Source of the DNA: Mobula hypostoma
Taxonomy: Eukaryota
Reading direction: 5' to 3'
DNA: 64,000 nt
NCBI RefSeq assembly: GCF_963921235.1
Contig: NC_086109.1
Coordinates: forward strand, 28,150,001 to 28,214,000
The notes beneath the pieces are model-generated. The model saw only the letters and a list, made by a program, of their open reading frames with translations, did no database searches and was not told the DNA's origin. The position numbers and the translations under genes were made by a program. How positions within the stretch are numbered: position 1 is the first letter of the stretch; every line of letters begins with the position of its first letter. Below, one piece after another: positions 1-13,374 of this stretch.

Positions 1-2398
1 AATGGCTATCACCCAGTGGCACTCACATCTACTGTGATGAAGTGATTTGAGAGTTTAATCATGGTTAGAATCATCTCCTGCCTAAGCAAGAGCTGGACCC
101 TCTGCAATCTGTTGTCATCACAATAGGTCTACAGTGGATGCAGTCTCACTGGCTCTCCACTCAGTGTTGTATCACAAGGACAATAGTAATACTTATTTCA
201 GGCAGCTGTTTATTGACCACAGCTGAGTGTTCAACATGATCATACTTTTAGTAATCATCAACAAGCTCCAAAACTTAGGCCTCTGCACCTCCCTCTGCAA
301 ATGGATCCTTGACTTCCTCACTGGGAGACCACAGTCTGTGTGGATTGTAAATCTCCTCCTTGCTGACAATCAACACTGGTGCACCTCAAGGATGTGTGCT
401 TAGCCCTCTGGCTGACCCTCTTTACATTTATGATTGTAGGCCAGACACAGCTCAAATGCTATCTATTTATTTGCCACCGACACAACTATTGTCAGAATTA
501 CAGATGGTGAAGAGGAGGCATACAGGAGCGAGATAGGTCAGTTGGTTGCGAGGTGTCACAGGAGCAACCTTGCACTCAACTTCAGTAAAGACCAAGAAAA
601 CAAAGAGTAGGGATTAATGGGTCCTTTTCAGAATGGCAGGCAGTGACTAGTGGGGTACCGCAAGGCTCGGTGCTGGGACCGCAGCTATTTAAAATATACA
701 TTAATGATTTAGATGAAGGGATTAAAAGTAACATTAGCAAATTTGCAGATGACACAAAGCTGGGTGGCAGTGTGAAATGTGCGGAGGATGTTATGATAAT
801 GCAGGATGACTTGGACAGGTTGGGTGAGTGGGCAGATGCATAGCAGATGCAGTTTAATGTGAATAAATGTGAGGTTATCCACCTTGGTGGCAAGAACAGG
901 AAGGTTGATTACTATCTGAATGGTGTCAAGTTAGGAAAAGGGGAAGCACAATGAGATCTAGGTGTTCTTGTTCATCAGTCACTGAAAGTAAGCATACAGG
1001 TACAGCAGGCAGTGAAGAAAGCTAATGCCATGTTGGCCTTCATAACAAGGGGAGTTGAGTATAGGAGCAAAGGGGTCCTTCTACAGTTGTACAAGGCCCT
1101 GATGAGACCACACCTGGAGTATTGTGTACAGTTTTAGTCTCCAAATTTGAGGAAGGACATTCTTGCTATTGAGTGAGTGCAGTGTAGGTTCACAAGGTTA
1201 ATTCCCAGGATGGCGGGACTGTCATATGTCGAAAGATTAGAACGACTGGTCTTGTATACACTGGAATTTAGAAGGATGAGAGGGGATCTGATTGAAACAT
1301 ATAAGATTATTAAGGGATTGGACATGCTAGAGGCAGGAAACATGTTCCCGATGTTGGGGGAGTCCAGAACCAGAGGCCACAGTTTGAGAATAAGTGGTAG
1401 GCCATTTAGAACGGAGTTGAGGAAAAACTTTTTCACCCAGAGGGTTGTGGATCTGTGGAATGCTCTGCCTCAGAAGGCAGTGGAAGCTAAATCTCTGGAT
1501 GCTTTCAAGAAAGAGTTAGATAGAGCTCTTAATGATAGAGGAGTCAAGGGATATGGGGAGAAGGCAGGAACGGGGTACTGATTGTGGATGATCAGCCATG
1601 ATCAAAGCGAATGGCAGTGCTGGCTTGAAGGGCCAAATGGCCTATACCTGCCCCTATTGTCTAGTGTCTATTGAATTAATTGTGGAGTTCAGGAAGGATA
1701 AGTTGAGGAACACACATCGGTCCGCATCGAGGGGTCAGAAGTGGAAAGGATGAGCAGTTTCAAGTTCCTGGGAGTCAATATCTCTAAGATTCTATCCTGG
1801 TCCCAAAATATTGATGCAATTATAAAGAAGACATGACAGTAGCTATATTTTATTAGATGTTTGAGGAGAATTAGTATGTCACCAAAGACAGTTGCAAATT
1901 TCCACAGATGGAGAGCAACAAGAGCATTTAACTGGTTGCAGCACTGTCTGGTATGGAGGGTCTACTGCACAGGATTGGAAAGTGCAGCAGAAAGTTGTAA
2001 ACTCAGCCAGCTCCATCATGAGCACCCGCTACCCCAGCATCCAGGACACCTTCAAAGGTGATGTATCAGGAAGGTGTCATCCGTCACTAAACAACCTCTC
2101 AACACCCACCCCCCAACCACCAATCACCTCGATATGCTCTCTTTTCATTGCTACCATCAAGGAGAAGCTACAGCAGCCTGAAGAGACACACTCAATATTT
2201 CAGGAACAGCTTCTTTCCCCTGCCATTGAATTTCTGAATGAACAATGAACCCATGAATACTACCACTATTTTTGCACTATATAGCACTTCTTATTGTGAT
2301 TTAGTTTTATTATTATGTATTGCAATGTACTTTTGCCACAAAACAACACATTTTACAACATATGCCAGTGATTTTAAACCAGGTTCTGATTCTGATTT
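1..2398 (+). mobile_element. Decayed Rex1/Babar-clade LINE (RT, C-terminus and 3' UTR), split by a CR1 insertion
   Basis: The window opens in PVALTSTVMK-FE-like codons and later shows [12 protein letters not shown] and NLALN-SKTK|ELIVEFR codons. The 3' UTR ends in (TTCTGA)n at ~2383-2398. Many stops and frameshifts. Confidence 0.85.
595..1672 (+). mobile_element. 5'-truncated CR1 LINE nested in Rex1
   Basis: ORFs read [12 protein letters not shown]...[10 protein letters not shown] and RRMRGDLIETYK...RTRGHSL...FFTQRVV.LWNALP. The 3' end is gaagggccaaatggcct followed by a (CTATTGT)-like tail. Confidence 0.95.
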
Positions 2399-2520
2399 CT
2401 CTTCACTATTTTTCTTCTTGATGCAGGATTTTGGTCCAAAATGTTGACATTACCAGCCTCTAGCACCCATAACCCTGGATGATACTTGATTTGCTGAGTT
2501 TCTGCAACAGACAGATTGTT
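2399..2520 (+). mobile_element. Highly decayed PLE terminal (pLTR) remnant
   Basis: cttgatgcaggattttggtccaaaatgttgac...gatacttgatttgctgagtttctgcaaca resembles the hammerhead-containing end of the PLE at 30291-30388. Confidence 0.5.
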
Positions 2521-2764
2521 GATAACAATTTGTATATTTCATGGAAATGATTATCCAATGAGGTTTCAGCAATGAACAAACATTTTGAACATTTTTGAAC
2601 AAGCTGCACATGATCATATTTGTTTTAGCGATGAAAGAATTCTGAAAGGAAATATAACCAATAACAATGGACAACAAAGATTTTACTTCCTGAATAACTT
2701 GGGTGTATCTTAGGGGTTTTTGGCTGATGATCATGAAAATTACCATGACATTTCCCTATTGCAA

Positions 2765-3367
2765 GTCAGAATAACCAACCCCAAGATGAAGGAAGGCATT
2801 TTTTTGGTCCACAAATCAAACAGATCATCAATGACAGGCAATTTGAAGAACTTCTTGTGGGAACAGAGAAAAATCGCATGGAAGGCTTTCAAGGATATTG
2901 TTGAAAATTTTCTTGGTAACGGCAGAACACAGAACTATGTGCAGCTGGTTGCAGTACACCATGTCACTAAAGATTAATCTTCTACATTCCCACTTAGACT
3001 TCTTCCCTGCAAACCTTGGCTCTGAACATGACAAAAATGGTAAAGAGATTCACCAGGACATTGTGGTCATGAAAAAACAGTATCAGGGCAATTGGAATCC
3101 ATCAAACAATTAAGCAAGAAACTTCAGACACTGAGTACAAACAAGAATGATCAACAAAGCGTTTTTAACTTATTTGAACTATTGCAAAGTGTCAGCATCG
3201 TCATGCAATTAAGTGCATTATATTCTATAAAATAATTACTTGTTTCTCCAAATTCCTATGTAATTCAAATCTACTGAAATTATATTAGTGCTCAGCTTCA
3301 AGTGGCCTATCATAAACAAGAAATAAATCTGAGTAAACAATACTTTCAAAAAAATTGCTGTCCAGTG
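2765..3367 (+). mobile_element. Chapaev3-like (CMC superfamily) DNA transposon remnant: transposase C-terminus and right end
   Basis: Broken frames give MKEGIF...IAWKAFKDIVENFLGN and MSLKINLLHSHLDFFPANLGS..D..G..IHQDI.VM.KQYQG.W. The element ends ...aaattgctgtccaGTG at 3367, matching CAC...GTG termini. Family assignment is from motif recall. Confidence 0.65.
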
Positions 3368-4288
3368 TAATTACTATATATATTCACTTTTGCTTATAGT
3401 TATATTTTATCTGTCTGGCTATATATCTTATCGAAAAAAAGCTGACTGCTTGAGAACTAACCAGTTCTCGGTGGCATCAGGTATGATCAGATGTGTAGAT
3501 CTAGTAGCTCATAGGAATCATGGTGAACAGTGGACTGTAAAATTTCATTCCATCTCATTTATTGTGGGATATCCATTTATTTTCAGCTTGCACAGGAGTT
3601 GGTTCTACTTGATGGGCATTGCTCAAATATTATTAATCACGTTGCAAGATCCTCTGAGCATGTTGAAGCTGAGGCAGTTTCGTTGTGGGATCTTCAAATG
3701 CAGCTTCCACTGGAACTCCCCCAAAGGGCAATGGCTCATAACTCAGGGAAAAAAAGTCTAAATCTTTTACATGAGTGAGCATATTTTTAAGCAGTGATGC
3801 CAGTTTAGAATCTTCCACAGGGGAACATAGCCTCTCTACATCCACCTTTTCAAGATTCTACCAAAACAATTGTACATTTTCCCACATTTTTAGCATTCGA
3901 ATATCTTTGACCTATCTACAATAGATCCCTTTGCAGCTTTCTTACGTTCCCTTCATAACCTACCTTTCTACCTTTCTGTCATCAACAAATTTAGTCACCA
4001 TGCTTTCAGGTACCTTCTAAATATACTGTAAAATAATAAAATATTCCTGTGACACACAAGAAGTTACATTTTGCTAACAAAAATCCAACAATGCCTGCTT
4101 CCTTTTTCTTGTTAACCACCCAATCATCTGGTTACACCAAATGTTACCAACTGAAGAGCAAGCTTTTATTTTCTGTCATACCCATGAGATGAAATCTTAT
4201 CAAATGGTCTCTGAAAGTTCTTCAGTTTCCCTTTATCTGTAGCACATGCTTCTTCTTCAAAGGACTCCAATAAATTGGTCAAATGTGA

Positions 4289-4971
4289 GAAACACACACA
4301 AAATGCTGAAGTAACTCAGCAGGCCAGGCAGCATCTAAGGAAAAGAGTACAGATGACGTGGATCTCCCAGTGGCCACCCATTTTAATTCCACTTCCCATT
4401 CCCATTCTGATATGTCTATCCATGGTCTCCTCCACTGTCGTGATGAGGTCACACTCAGGTTGGAGGAAAAACACCTTATATTCTGACTGGTAGCCTCCAA
4501 CCTGATGGTATGAATATCGATTTCTCAAACTTCTGGTAATGCCCCCCTTCACCATTCCCCATCCCCTTTTCCCTCTCTCAACTTATGTCCTTGCCTTCCC
4601 ATTGTCTCACTCTGGTGCTCCTTCCCCCCTTTTCTTTCTTCCATGGCCTTCTGTCCTCTCCAATCAAACTCCCACTTCTCCAGCTCTGTATCTCTTTCAC
4701 CAATCAGCTTCCCAGCTCTTTACTTCAGAGCTGGGAAGTCTTTACTTCATGCCTTCTCCTCCCAGTTCCACTTATCACCTTTTGTTTCTCACTCCCTCCT
4801 ACCTTTTAACTCTACTCCTCATTTTTTTTTTCTCCCGTCCTGCTGAAGTGTCTTGACTCGATATGTCAACTGCACCCTATTCCATAGATGCTGCCTGACC
4901 TGCTGAGCTCCTCCAGCATTTTGTGTGTGTTGCTTGGATTTCCAGCATCTGCAGAATTTCTCTTGTTTGTG
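4289..4971 (+). mobile_element. PLE fragment with a short inverted arm and a 15-bp TSD
   Basis: TSD attggtcaaatgtga at 4274-4288 and 4972-4986. The GIY-YIG C-terminal end and pLTR run forward at 4360-4971, with an inverted pLTR piece at 4291-4359. Confidence 0.9.
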
Positions 4972-5339
4972 ATTGGTCAAATGTGACTTCCCTGTCATAA
5001 AAATATTGGCATCACCTGATTACCTTAATTATTTCAACGTGCCCTTTATAACTTCTTAATAATAGCTTCCACATGAATCAACTTGTGTGATCAATTCACT
5101 GGTATCACAATTACTAGGGGAGAGAAACAGGACAAAACCCTTGGCTATCCATTATTCATGTCTGCTTTTATGTGTTGACCAAATGACTGCAATCACCAAT
5201 TAACTCTCCCCCCCACTGCCAGTCAGAAAGGCTATTGTATTTGTACTCTAGCTGTCACAAAGTTGTGTCATAAATTATGAAGAGACTGAAAATCCTCCAC
5301 AAGATGAGTGAAACATGACTTTGCCTAAGTAAATCCACT

Positions 5340-7812
5340 GATTGTTACTTGATACTTTATTGTCGCCAAACAATTGATACTAGAACGTACAATCATCACG
5401 GCGATATTTGATTCTGCGCTTCACGCTCCCTGGATTACAAATATTAAATATTAAAGATACTAAAAATAGTTAAAATTAGTAAATATTAAAAATTGAAATT
5501 ATAAATCATAAATAGAAAATAGAAAAATGGGAGGTCAGGTAGTGCAAAAAAAAATGGAGAGCCAGGTCCGGATATTTGGAGGGTATGGCCCAGATCTGGG
5601 TCAGGATCCTTTCAGCAGTCTTATCACAGTTGGAAAGAAGCTGTTCCCAAATCTGGCCGTACGAGTCTTCAAGCTCCTGAGCCTTCTCCCGGAGGGAAGA
5701 GGGACGAAAAGTATGTTGGCTGGGTGGGTCGTGTCCTTGATTATCCTGGCAGCACTGCTCCGACAGCGTGTGGTGTAAAGTGAGTCCACGGACGGAAGAT
5801 TGGTTTGTGTGATGTGCTGCACCGTGTTCACGATCTACTGCAGCTTCTTTCGGTCTTGGACAGGACAACTTCCATACCAGGTTGTGATGCACCCTAGAAG
5901 AATGCTTTCTACGGTGCATCTATAAAAATTAGTGAGAGTTTTAGGGGACACGCCAAGTTTCTTTAGCTTTCTCAGGAAGTAAAGGTGCTGGTGGGCCTTC
6001 TTGGCAGTGAACTCTGCTTGGTTGGACCAAGTCAGGTCATTTGTGATATTGACCCCGAGGAACTTAAAGCTTTTGACCTGTTCCACTTGCGCACCACCGA
6101 TGTAAATTGGGTCTTGCGGTCTGCTACTCCATCTGAAGTCAACAACCAATTCCTTCATCTTGCTGACGTTGAGGGATAGGTTATTGTCTTCCCACCATGC
6201 CACCAGGTTCTTAATTTCCTGTCTGTACTCAAACTCATCATTACCCGAGATACAGCCAAAAATTGTTGCGTCATCAGCAAACTTACATATTGAGTTTGAT
6301 GGAAACTTGGCTACACAATCATGGGTGTACAGAGAGTACAGCAGGGAGCTGAGTACATAGCCTTGTGGGGCACCAGTGCTCAGAGTGATTGTAGAGGAGA
6401 GCTTGTCCTCTCTTTTTACAGCCTGGGTCCTGTCTGTGAGGAAGATGAAGATCCAGCTGCAGATCTGAGTACTAAGGCCCAGGTTCCGGAGCTTAGGAAT
6501 CAGTTTATTTGGAACGATGGTATTAAAGGCAGAGCTGTAGTCAATGTAAAGCAGCCTTACGTATGCGTCTTTATTCTCCAGGTGTTCTACGGAGGAATGT
6601 AGGGCCAGAGAGATGGCATCTGCCGTTGACCTGTTGCTCCGGTAGGCAAATAGCAAAGCGTCGAGGTTGACCGGTAGGCTGTGGTTGATGTGTGCCAAAA
6701 CCAATCTCTCGAAGCACTTCATAGCAATTGATGACAAAGCCACAGGTCGATAGTCATTCAGGCATGCCACCTTGCTCTTCTTCGGCACTGGGATTATCGT
6801 TGCCTTCTTAAAACACGAGGGGATCTTAGACTAAAGCAAGGAGCAGTTGAAGATGTCAGCAAACACTCCAGCTAGCTCACTTGCACAGGCCCGGAGAACT
6901 CGTCCAGGGATGCCATCTGGGCCAGTGGCCTTCCTTGGTTTTATCTTCAGGAAGGCCCTTCTAACGTCCTCCTCGGTGACGATGAATCTCGATGCCACCA
7001 GGTCCGGTTCATCCAGAGGGAGTGGGACGCTCCGCTTCTGTTCGAATCTTGCGTAGAATATGTAAAGTTCGTCAGGAAGAGAAGCGCCGCAGTTATTGAT
7101 ATTCCCAGCCTTTTCTTTGCGTCCAGTGATCTCATTTAGACCCTGCCATAGTCTATTGGGTTTCCAACTTGGCTCGATATTGCCTCTTGGCACCCTTAAT
7201 GGCTTTCCGGAGTTCATGCCTGGATTACTAGAGACTACTAGACAGGTATATGGAGGAATCTAAGGTGGGGGCTTATATGGGAGGCAGGGTTTGAGGGTTG
7301 GAACAACATTGTGGGCCGAAGGGCCTGTACTGTGCTGTACTATTTCTGTTTCTATTCCGTGTAGCGACTGGTATCCCCGGACCTAAAAGCCGCAGCTCTA
7401 GCCTTTAAAAGGGACTTGACCTCATAATTCATCCAACATTTCCTGTTAGGGAATACCCAGATCATCTTGCGAGACACACAGTCCTCCGTGCATTTCCAAA
7501 TAAAGTCCTTGACAGCTGAGGCATACTCATCAAGGTTAGCTGCCGAGTACGTGAATACAAACCAGTCCACCGATTCAAAGCAGTCACAGAGGACCTCATC
7601 TGTTTCCTCCGTCCAACGCGACACTACTTTTGACACTGTGACCTCCCGCTTCAGTTTCTGTTTGTAAGCCGGGAGGAGGAGTACGGCCTGATGGTCCGAT
7701 TTTCCGAAGTGAGGTCGTGGGACGGAATGGTAGGCATCCTTGACTGCTGTGTAGCAGTGGTCAAGTATATTCCGGCCTCTAGTGGGGCAGGAGACATGTT
7801 AGTATAACTTAA
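5340..7812 (-). mobile_element. Rex1/Babar LINE, 5'-truncated (end of APE domain, RT, C-terminus, 3' UTR)
   Basis: The 317-aa ORF has [10 protein letters not shown]...[11 protein letters not shown]...GAPQG...KFADD. Upstream frames give LDHCYT...HFGKSDH and KATGPDGIPGRVLRACA. Confidence 0.95.
7227..7356 (+). mobile_element. Short CR1 3'-end insertion inside the Rex1 copy
   Basis: acaacattgtgggccgaagggcctgtactgtgctgtactat is a CR1-type 3' end. Removing it rejoins the Rex1 frame as SRYTE|SRHEL. Confidence 0.8.
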
Positions 7813-7991
7813 GAATTGATTAACGTAATTGATTAAGAATAGCTGTGATACATCTACCAGTTTATGAACTTGTCTGTAAAGCTAGAGAACCAAAACTAGG
7901 TATGAGAGCATTTTCTACACCTTGTTCTTTATAAATCATCTTCTGAGAAGGTACAAGGAGTCAAATGGAGAATATTAAAGACTATTCTTTG

Positions 7992-9891
7992 ATTCAATTC
8001 ATGTTTAATTTCCATTCAACCAAACATGGATATCCACGAATACAGCCAAATGAAACAGTATTACGCCCGGGCCAAGGTGCAAAACACAGTACCAATAGTA
8101 ATACACAGCACAAAGCATCAAGAGCACATTCAAGATAGTAAGCACATGTAAGATATCAGTAAAATACAGCCACTGTAAACACATAACAGTCCAGTGGGTG
8201 GATGCCGCAGAAATATGCAGTTGATCGCAAAACAGCTTGTCTTCTTCTGAGCAAATACTGTGGGTGGGGTTGGTGGGCAGCACCGACTCCAGCCTGGACG
8301 CTGCACAACACGTTCCCCAGTGGAGCCATAACGGCTTCGATGCCTCTTTCTTGGCGGCCGTAAACCAGCAACACTGCTGCTTGAGGCGTAGTTCTTGCTA
8401 TGACCGATACCACGCAGCATCCCTGCCATCCACTCCTGCTGTCTGCCAATAAATCGGTGAATCGGACTTGCAGCATTCCACATTAACAATGTCCAATGTC
8501 ACTCACAGCACAAAGCACACATTGTACATACAAGGTAGCAGACACAGATACAATCATGCAAGATCCCAAGAAAAGCGACTGTGATGGTCCTTCACTATTA
8601 GACTGCACGTCTCCTTTGTCCGACAGAGTGATCAGCAGCACTGGGGCTCCACAGGGGACTGTCCTGTCTCCCTTTGTCTTCACCATTTACACCTCGGACT
8701 TCAACTACTACACAGAGTCTTGTCATCTTCAGAAGTTTTCGGATGACTCTGCCATAGTTGGATGTATCAGCAAGGAAAATGAAGTTGAGTACAGGGCTAC
8801 GGTAGGAAACTTTGTCACATGGTGTGAGCAGAATTATCTGCAGCTTAATGTGAAAAAGACTAAGGAGCTGGTGGTAGACCTGAGGAGAGCTAAGGCACCA
8901 GTGACCCCTGTTTCCATCCAGGGGGCCAATGTGGACATGGTGGAGGATTACAAATACCTGGGGATATGAATTGACAATAAACTGGACTGGTCTAAGAACA
9001 CTGAGGCTGTCTACAAGAAGGGTCAGAGCCGTCTCTGTTTCCTGAGGAGACTGAGGTCCTTTAACATCTGCCGGACGATGCTGAGGATGTTCTATGAGTC
9101 TGTGGTGGCCAGTGCTATCATGTTTGCTGTTGTGTGCTGGGGCAGCAGGGTGAGGGTAGCAGACACCAACAGAATCAACAAACTCATTCGTAAGGCCAGT
9201 GATGTTGTGGGGATGGAACTGGACTCTCTCACGGTGGTGTCTGAAAAGAGGATGCTGTCTAAGTTGCATGCCATCTTGGTCAATGTCTCCCATCCACTAC
9301 TTAATGTACTGGGTGGGCACAGGAGTACATTCAGCCAGAGACTCATTCCTCTGAGATGCAGCACAGAGCGTCATAGGAAGTCATTCCTGCCTGTGGCCAT
9401 TTAACTTTACAACTCCTCCCTTGGAGGGTCAGACACCCTGAGCTGATAGACTGGTCCTGGACTTTTTTCATAATTTACTGGCATAATTTACATATTACTA
9501 TTTAACTATTTATTACTATTTTTCTATTACTGTTTATTATTTCCATGACTATTACTATTTACTATTTACTAATAGTAGTATTACCATTACTATTTATTAT
9601 TTATGGTACAACTGTAATGAAAACCAGTTTCCCCCGGGATCAATAAAGTACGACTATGACTATGACTTTGCGGCTTGACTCCTCCGAAGCCTCTCCGACG
9701 CAATCAGCAGCACGATCCGAACCAAGTTGAGCTCCTTCAGTTTCTCCGCCATGAGCAACTCGCTGATGGGGTTCACCTGTAGTACTTCAAGTTCTTAATG
9801 TCTAGTAGGATCTTGCGATCATAAAAAAAGTGTTTAAAAAAGGACAGCAGAAACCCCACAGAAGCTACTGCGATCAAATGCACTGCCATCG
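7992..9891 (-). mobile_element. Non-autonomous element with a Rex-type 3' end, interrupted by Rex1
   Basis: It has a Rex-like 3' UTR on the minus strand, a CpG-retaining non-coding body, and a 5' end resembling the reverse complement of gcactgccatc. It continues on both sides of 8619-9665. Confidence 0.5.
8619..9665 (+). mobile_element. 5'-truncated Rex1/Babar LINE
   Basis: STGAPQGTVLSPF...LQKFSDDSAIVG...LNVKKTKELVVD, then aataaa and a (CTATGA)n tail. Possible 5-bp TSD ctttg at 8614-8618 and 9666-9670. Confidence 0.92.
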
Positions 9892-10852
9892 TACCAAAAG
9901 TACCATCTTACCATCTTTATTATAGACTTGTTGCATTGTCATTTCTTGTTTTGCCTCACATTCAAAAGAAGTAGAAAGCAGTAAATAGTGGGCACGCTAT
10001 GGTGGTACTGGAAGCAAGGTGACACTGCAGTCTGTCCCCAACACATCCTCAGATTTTGCAGAATGTCAATGCAAAACAATGCATTTCACTGTGTGCTTCG
10101 TTGTATATGTGACAAATAATCAAACCTTTGACCTTTGATCTTATGAAGGCAAGTTGCTAGGTTGAATAATTCCAGGGGAGAGGTTATGTTGTAGTAGAAT
10201 AGAGACTAGATCTTACCTTTTGGACACTGGGTGAAAGGTTTCTTGTTTGAAGATTAACATTTGATGTGATATTTGGTGGGTTGACATCTCAAATTTCCTT
10301 GCTGACAGTTACCATTTTCTTCATGCAGGAATGTTTTTCCTTCACATTTCATGTGTTGCGGCGAGAAGAGAACATATATTCTGTTAGTTGACAAAACTCA
10401 AGTAGCTCACATGCAGCTGTTAGGCTGATATACAGAATTTCAACCCATAACACATTGGATGATTTAATTTACGACTGTGAGCAATACCAAAGCTGCAAAA
10501 GTGTTAAATTATCTATTGTCACTAACAGAAAAGAAGTGGTAATTGTTGTGATTGATCACACCGATGCTCTTAATAGCTCTATAATGAATAGTCTTGTCAG
10601 GAAGAATTTGCAACTTTACAATGAGCTCGTATTCAGTTAATAAAAGTTCTTACGATTGCATAATTGCCCATTTGCAATTAGGCCTGAAAATAAATGATAG
10701 AAAATAAATTCCTTCACATATGGCAATGCACTTTTCGGTTTATTTACCATCAGCTGCCTCCTGTGTAGCTGAACCTGGGCAGCCAGCTTCTCCTGGACAA
10801 TGTTGCTTTGAACCTGAGCAGTTAAGCTTTGTGCTGGATAAGATACTAGTTG

Positions 10853-11922
10853 TAGAAACATAGAAACATAGAAAACCTACAGCACAATACAGGACCTTCG
10901 GCCCACAATGTTGTGCCAGATATGTACTTACTTTAGAAATTACTTAGAGCCCTCTAATTTTCTAAGCTCCATGTACCTATCCAAGAGTGTCTTAAAAGAT
11001 CCTATTGCATCTGCCTCCACCACCATTGCCGGCAGCCCATTCCATTTGATTAGATTAGATTAGAGTCAACTTTATTATCATTGTGCCGAGTACAGATACA
11101 AAGCCAATGAAATGCAGTTAGCATCTAACCAGAAACGCAAAGGATAGTGTTATTTACAAAATAACTGCGAATAAAAGGTAAGTGCTACAGCACACAAATA
11201 TAAAAGTACTGAGACAGTACAATATGGATGCAATACTGCTTAGTGCTGTGATGTGAGGTTCAGCAGAGTCACAGCCTCAGGGAAGAAGCTCTTCCTGAGC
11301 CTGCTGGTGCGGGAGCGGAGGGTCCTGTAGCACCCACCAGATGGGAGGAGAGTAAAAAGTCCATGGTTAGGGTGAGATGCGTCCTTGATAATGCTTTTTG
11401 CCCTGCCCAGGCAGCGTTTATGGTAGATGTTCTCAATGGTGGGCAATTGGGTGCCGATAATCCACTGGGCAGTTCTTACCACATGCTGGAGTGCTTTGCG
11501 GTCCGATATGGGACAATTGCCATACCACACTGAGATACAGTTGGTGAGTATGCTCTCAATGGTACAGCGGTAAAAGTCCGTTAGTCTCCTGGGACAGAGG
11601 TGAGCTTTCCTGATGCTCCGCAGGAAATAAAGGCGCTGTTGCGCATTTTTGATCGGGATGGAGGAGTTCAGGAACCCTGTGAGATCCGTGGAAATGTGGA
11701 TACCAAGGAATTTGAAGCTTGATACACACTCCACTACAGCTCCGTTGATGTAGATGGGGACGTAGATGCACTCACCACTCTCTGTGTAAAAAACTTATCC
11801 CTGACATCTCCTCTGTACCTACTTCCAAGCACCCTAAAACTGTGCCCTCTCATGTTAGCCATTTCAGCCCTGGGAAAATGCCTCTGACTATCCACACAAT
11901 CAATGCCTCTCATCATCCCATA
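10853..11922 (-). mobile_element. CR1 3' fragment split by a Rex1 insertion
   Basis: Tail is tagaaacatagaaacatagaa. The ORF has RGHSFRVLGSRYRGDVRDKFFTQRVV. The flanks ccattcca and tgcactcaccactctc rejoin. Confidence 0.85.
11046..11766 (-). mobile_element. Rex1/Babar 3' fragment with (TCTAA)n tail
   Basis: VSSFKFLGIHIS...AQQRLYFLR...FYRCTIESILT...LLPSG. The 3' UTR is nearly identical to that of the 51466-52340 copy. Confidence 0.9.
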
Positions 11923-11931
11923 CAGCTAGAA

Positions 11932-12060
11932 GATGAGAAATTCTGCAAATGCAGGAAATCACACAAGCACAAAATGCTGGAGGAACTCAGCAGGCCAGGC
12001 AGCATTTATGGAAAAGAGTAAACAGTTGATGTTTTGGGCCCAGACACTTCATCAGGACTG
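11932..12060 (-). mobile_element. PLE terminal fragment with a decayed hammerhead motif
   Basis: The minus strand at 12023-12060 reads cagtc CTGATGA agtgtctgggccc AAAA catc aactg, followed by atgctgcctggcctgctgagttcctccagc. Confidence 0.85.
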
Positions 12061-13069
12061 ATGAGATGTGCTAGATTCAGTTTTCCATGAGCGCCTTACA
12101 ACTGATGTGTTAACTCACTGAATAAGTTGAATGGAGTCATGTTACTGACCTAACTAATTCTGCAATATGATTGGCAGCAAGTATATACTTAAAGATTCTG
12201 AAGAGCACTATCTGTTAAATAGATGCAAGAAATAGTCTTTCTACTAAAGGGTCAGATATTAGGTATATCTCCTGGTCACTCTGAGAGACTGATGATTGAT
12301 TGAAGAGCAGCAATAGTGTAAGCGAGGAACAGGAGACCAACTGGCTGTATTCTGTCCTGAGAAGAAGTGATTATGGTGGCAGGGGAGGGAAAACCAAGAA
12401 AACCAACTGGCTACTGACAGCAGACGGGAGACTAAAGGCACGTTAAAAGAATTGAAGGGCCCACTTCCACTTCACCTAGCCCATAAGGCTTGATTTCAGA
12501 AATTAATACTTCCAGAATCAGTTACTCCAGATTCCCTTTCACAGCCGTATTTCCAGAGGCTTAAAATCCTGCCTGGTAAACCAGTGATATGATTTGCAAA
12601 ATGGTGACCATGAGATGTTTGCATATGCATAAGGCAAACGTAAAGACAATAGTGTTATGTCAATTCTCCTGCATTAAACCAGGCAAGATGGCTAAGTTAT
12701 TTGCAGCATTGTGACTGAGTTCAACTGACAGACCAGGCTGATGTTATCACTTAACATGCCAAATATGGTCGCAGGTGTCAAAAACTGAAAATTCACTTAA
12801 GTTAAAACAAAAATCAATTGGGTTTAGATTGGAAAGAAATCTATAATGAGGAGAAGGAATAACTTCTTTTTCTATTACTTTCTTGGTTTGCAGTAGGGTT
12901 ATTGGCTGTTCCTGAATTATGAATGACTGACTTATGGAAACCTGTAGATAACAATGAGCTCCCATAATATTATTAAATTCAAACATTCAGCATGTGTACG
13001 TATGTCTGTTCTTATGAATTGGTATCCTCTCTTTCCTCAATTTTAATAATTACTATTTCTTCCCCCAAA

Positions 13070-13374
13070 CCATCAGACTCCTCAATACCCAGAGCCTGGC
13101 TTGACACCAACCTACTTTACCCTCTACTGTGCCTACTGTTTTGTTTATTATTTATTATTGTTTATTGTAGTGCCTGCACTGTTATGTGCACTTAATGCAG
13201 TCCTGGATAGGTCTGTAGTCTAGTGTAGTTTTTGTGATTTTTCTTTCATAATTCAGTGTAGTTTTTGTGTTGTTCATGTAGCACCATTGTCCTGGAAAAC
13301 ATTGTCTCATTTTTACTACGTTCTGTACCAGCAGCTATGGTTAAAATGACAATAAAAAGTGACTTGACTTGACT
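13070..13374 (+). mobile_element. Rex-type LINE 3' UTR fragment
   Basis: aatgacaataaaaagtgacttgacttgact tail and a typical T/G-rich UTR. Confidence 0.55.

Noticed and set aside
3390..3845. Overlapping ORFs as a possible host exon
   Set aside because: No recognisable protein and no convincing splice-site pair.
8598..9293. 231-aa minus-strand ORF and similar long ORFs over LINEs and PLEs
   Set aside because: These are antisense or alternative frames of Rex1, CR1 and PLE coding or low-complexity sequence.
10748..10833. Possible 86-nt minus-strand exon (ccag...ATG|gtaaat)
   Set aside because: The splice signals are weak, the peptide is unrecognised and there are no partner exons. Compatible with chance.
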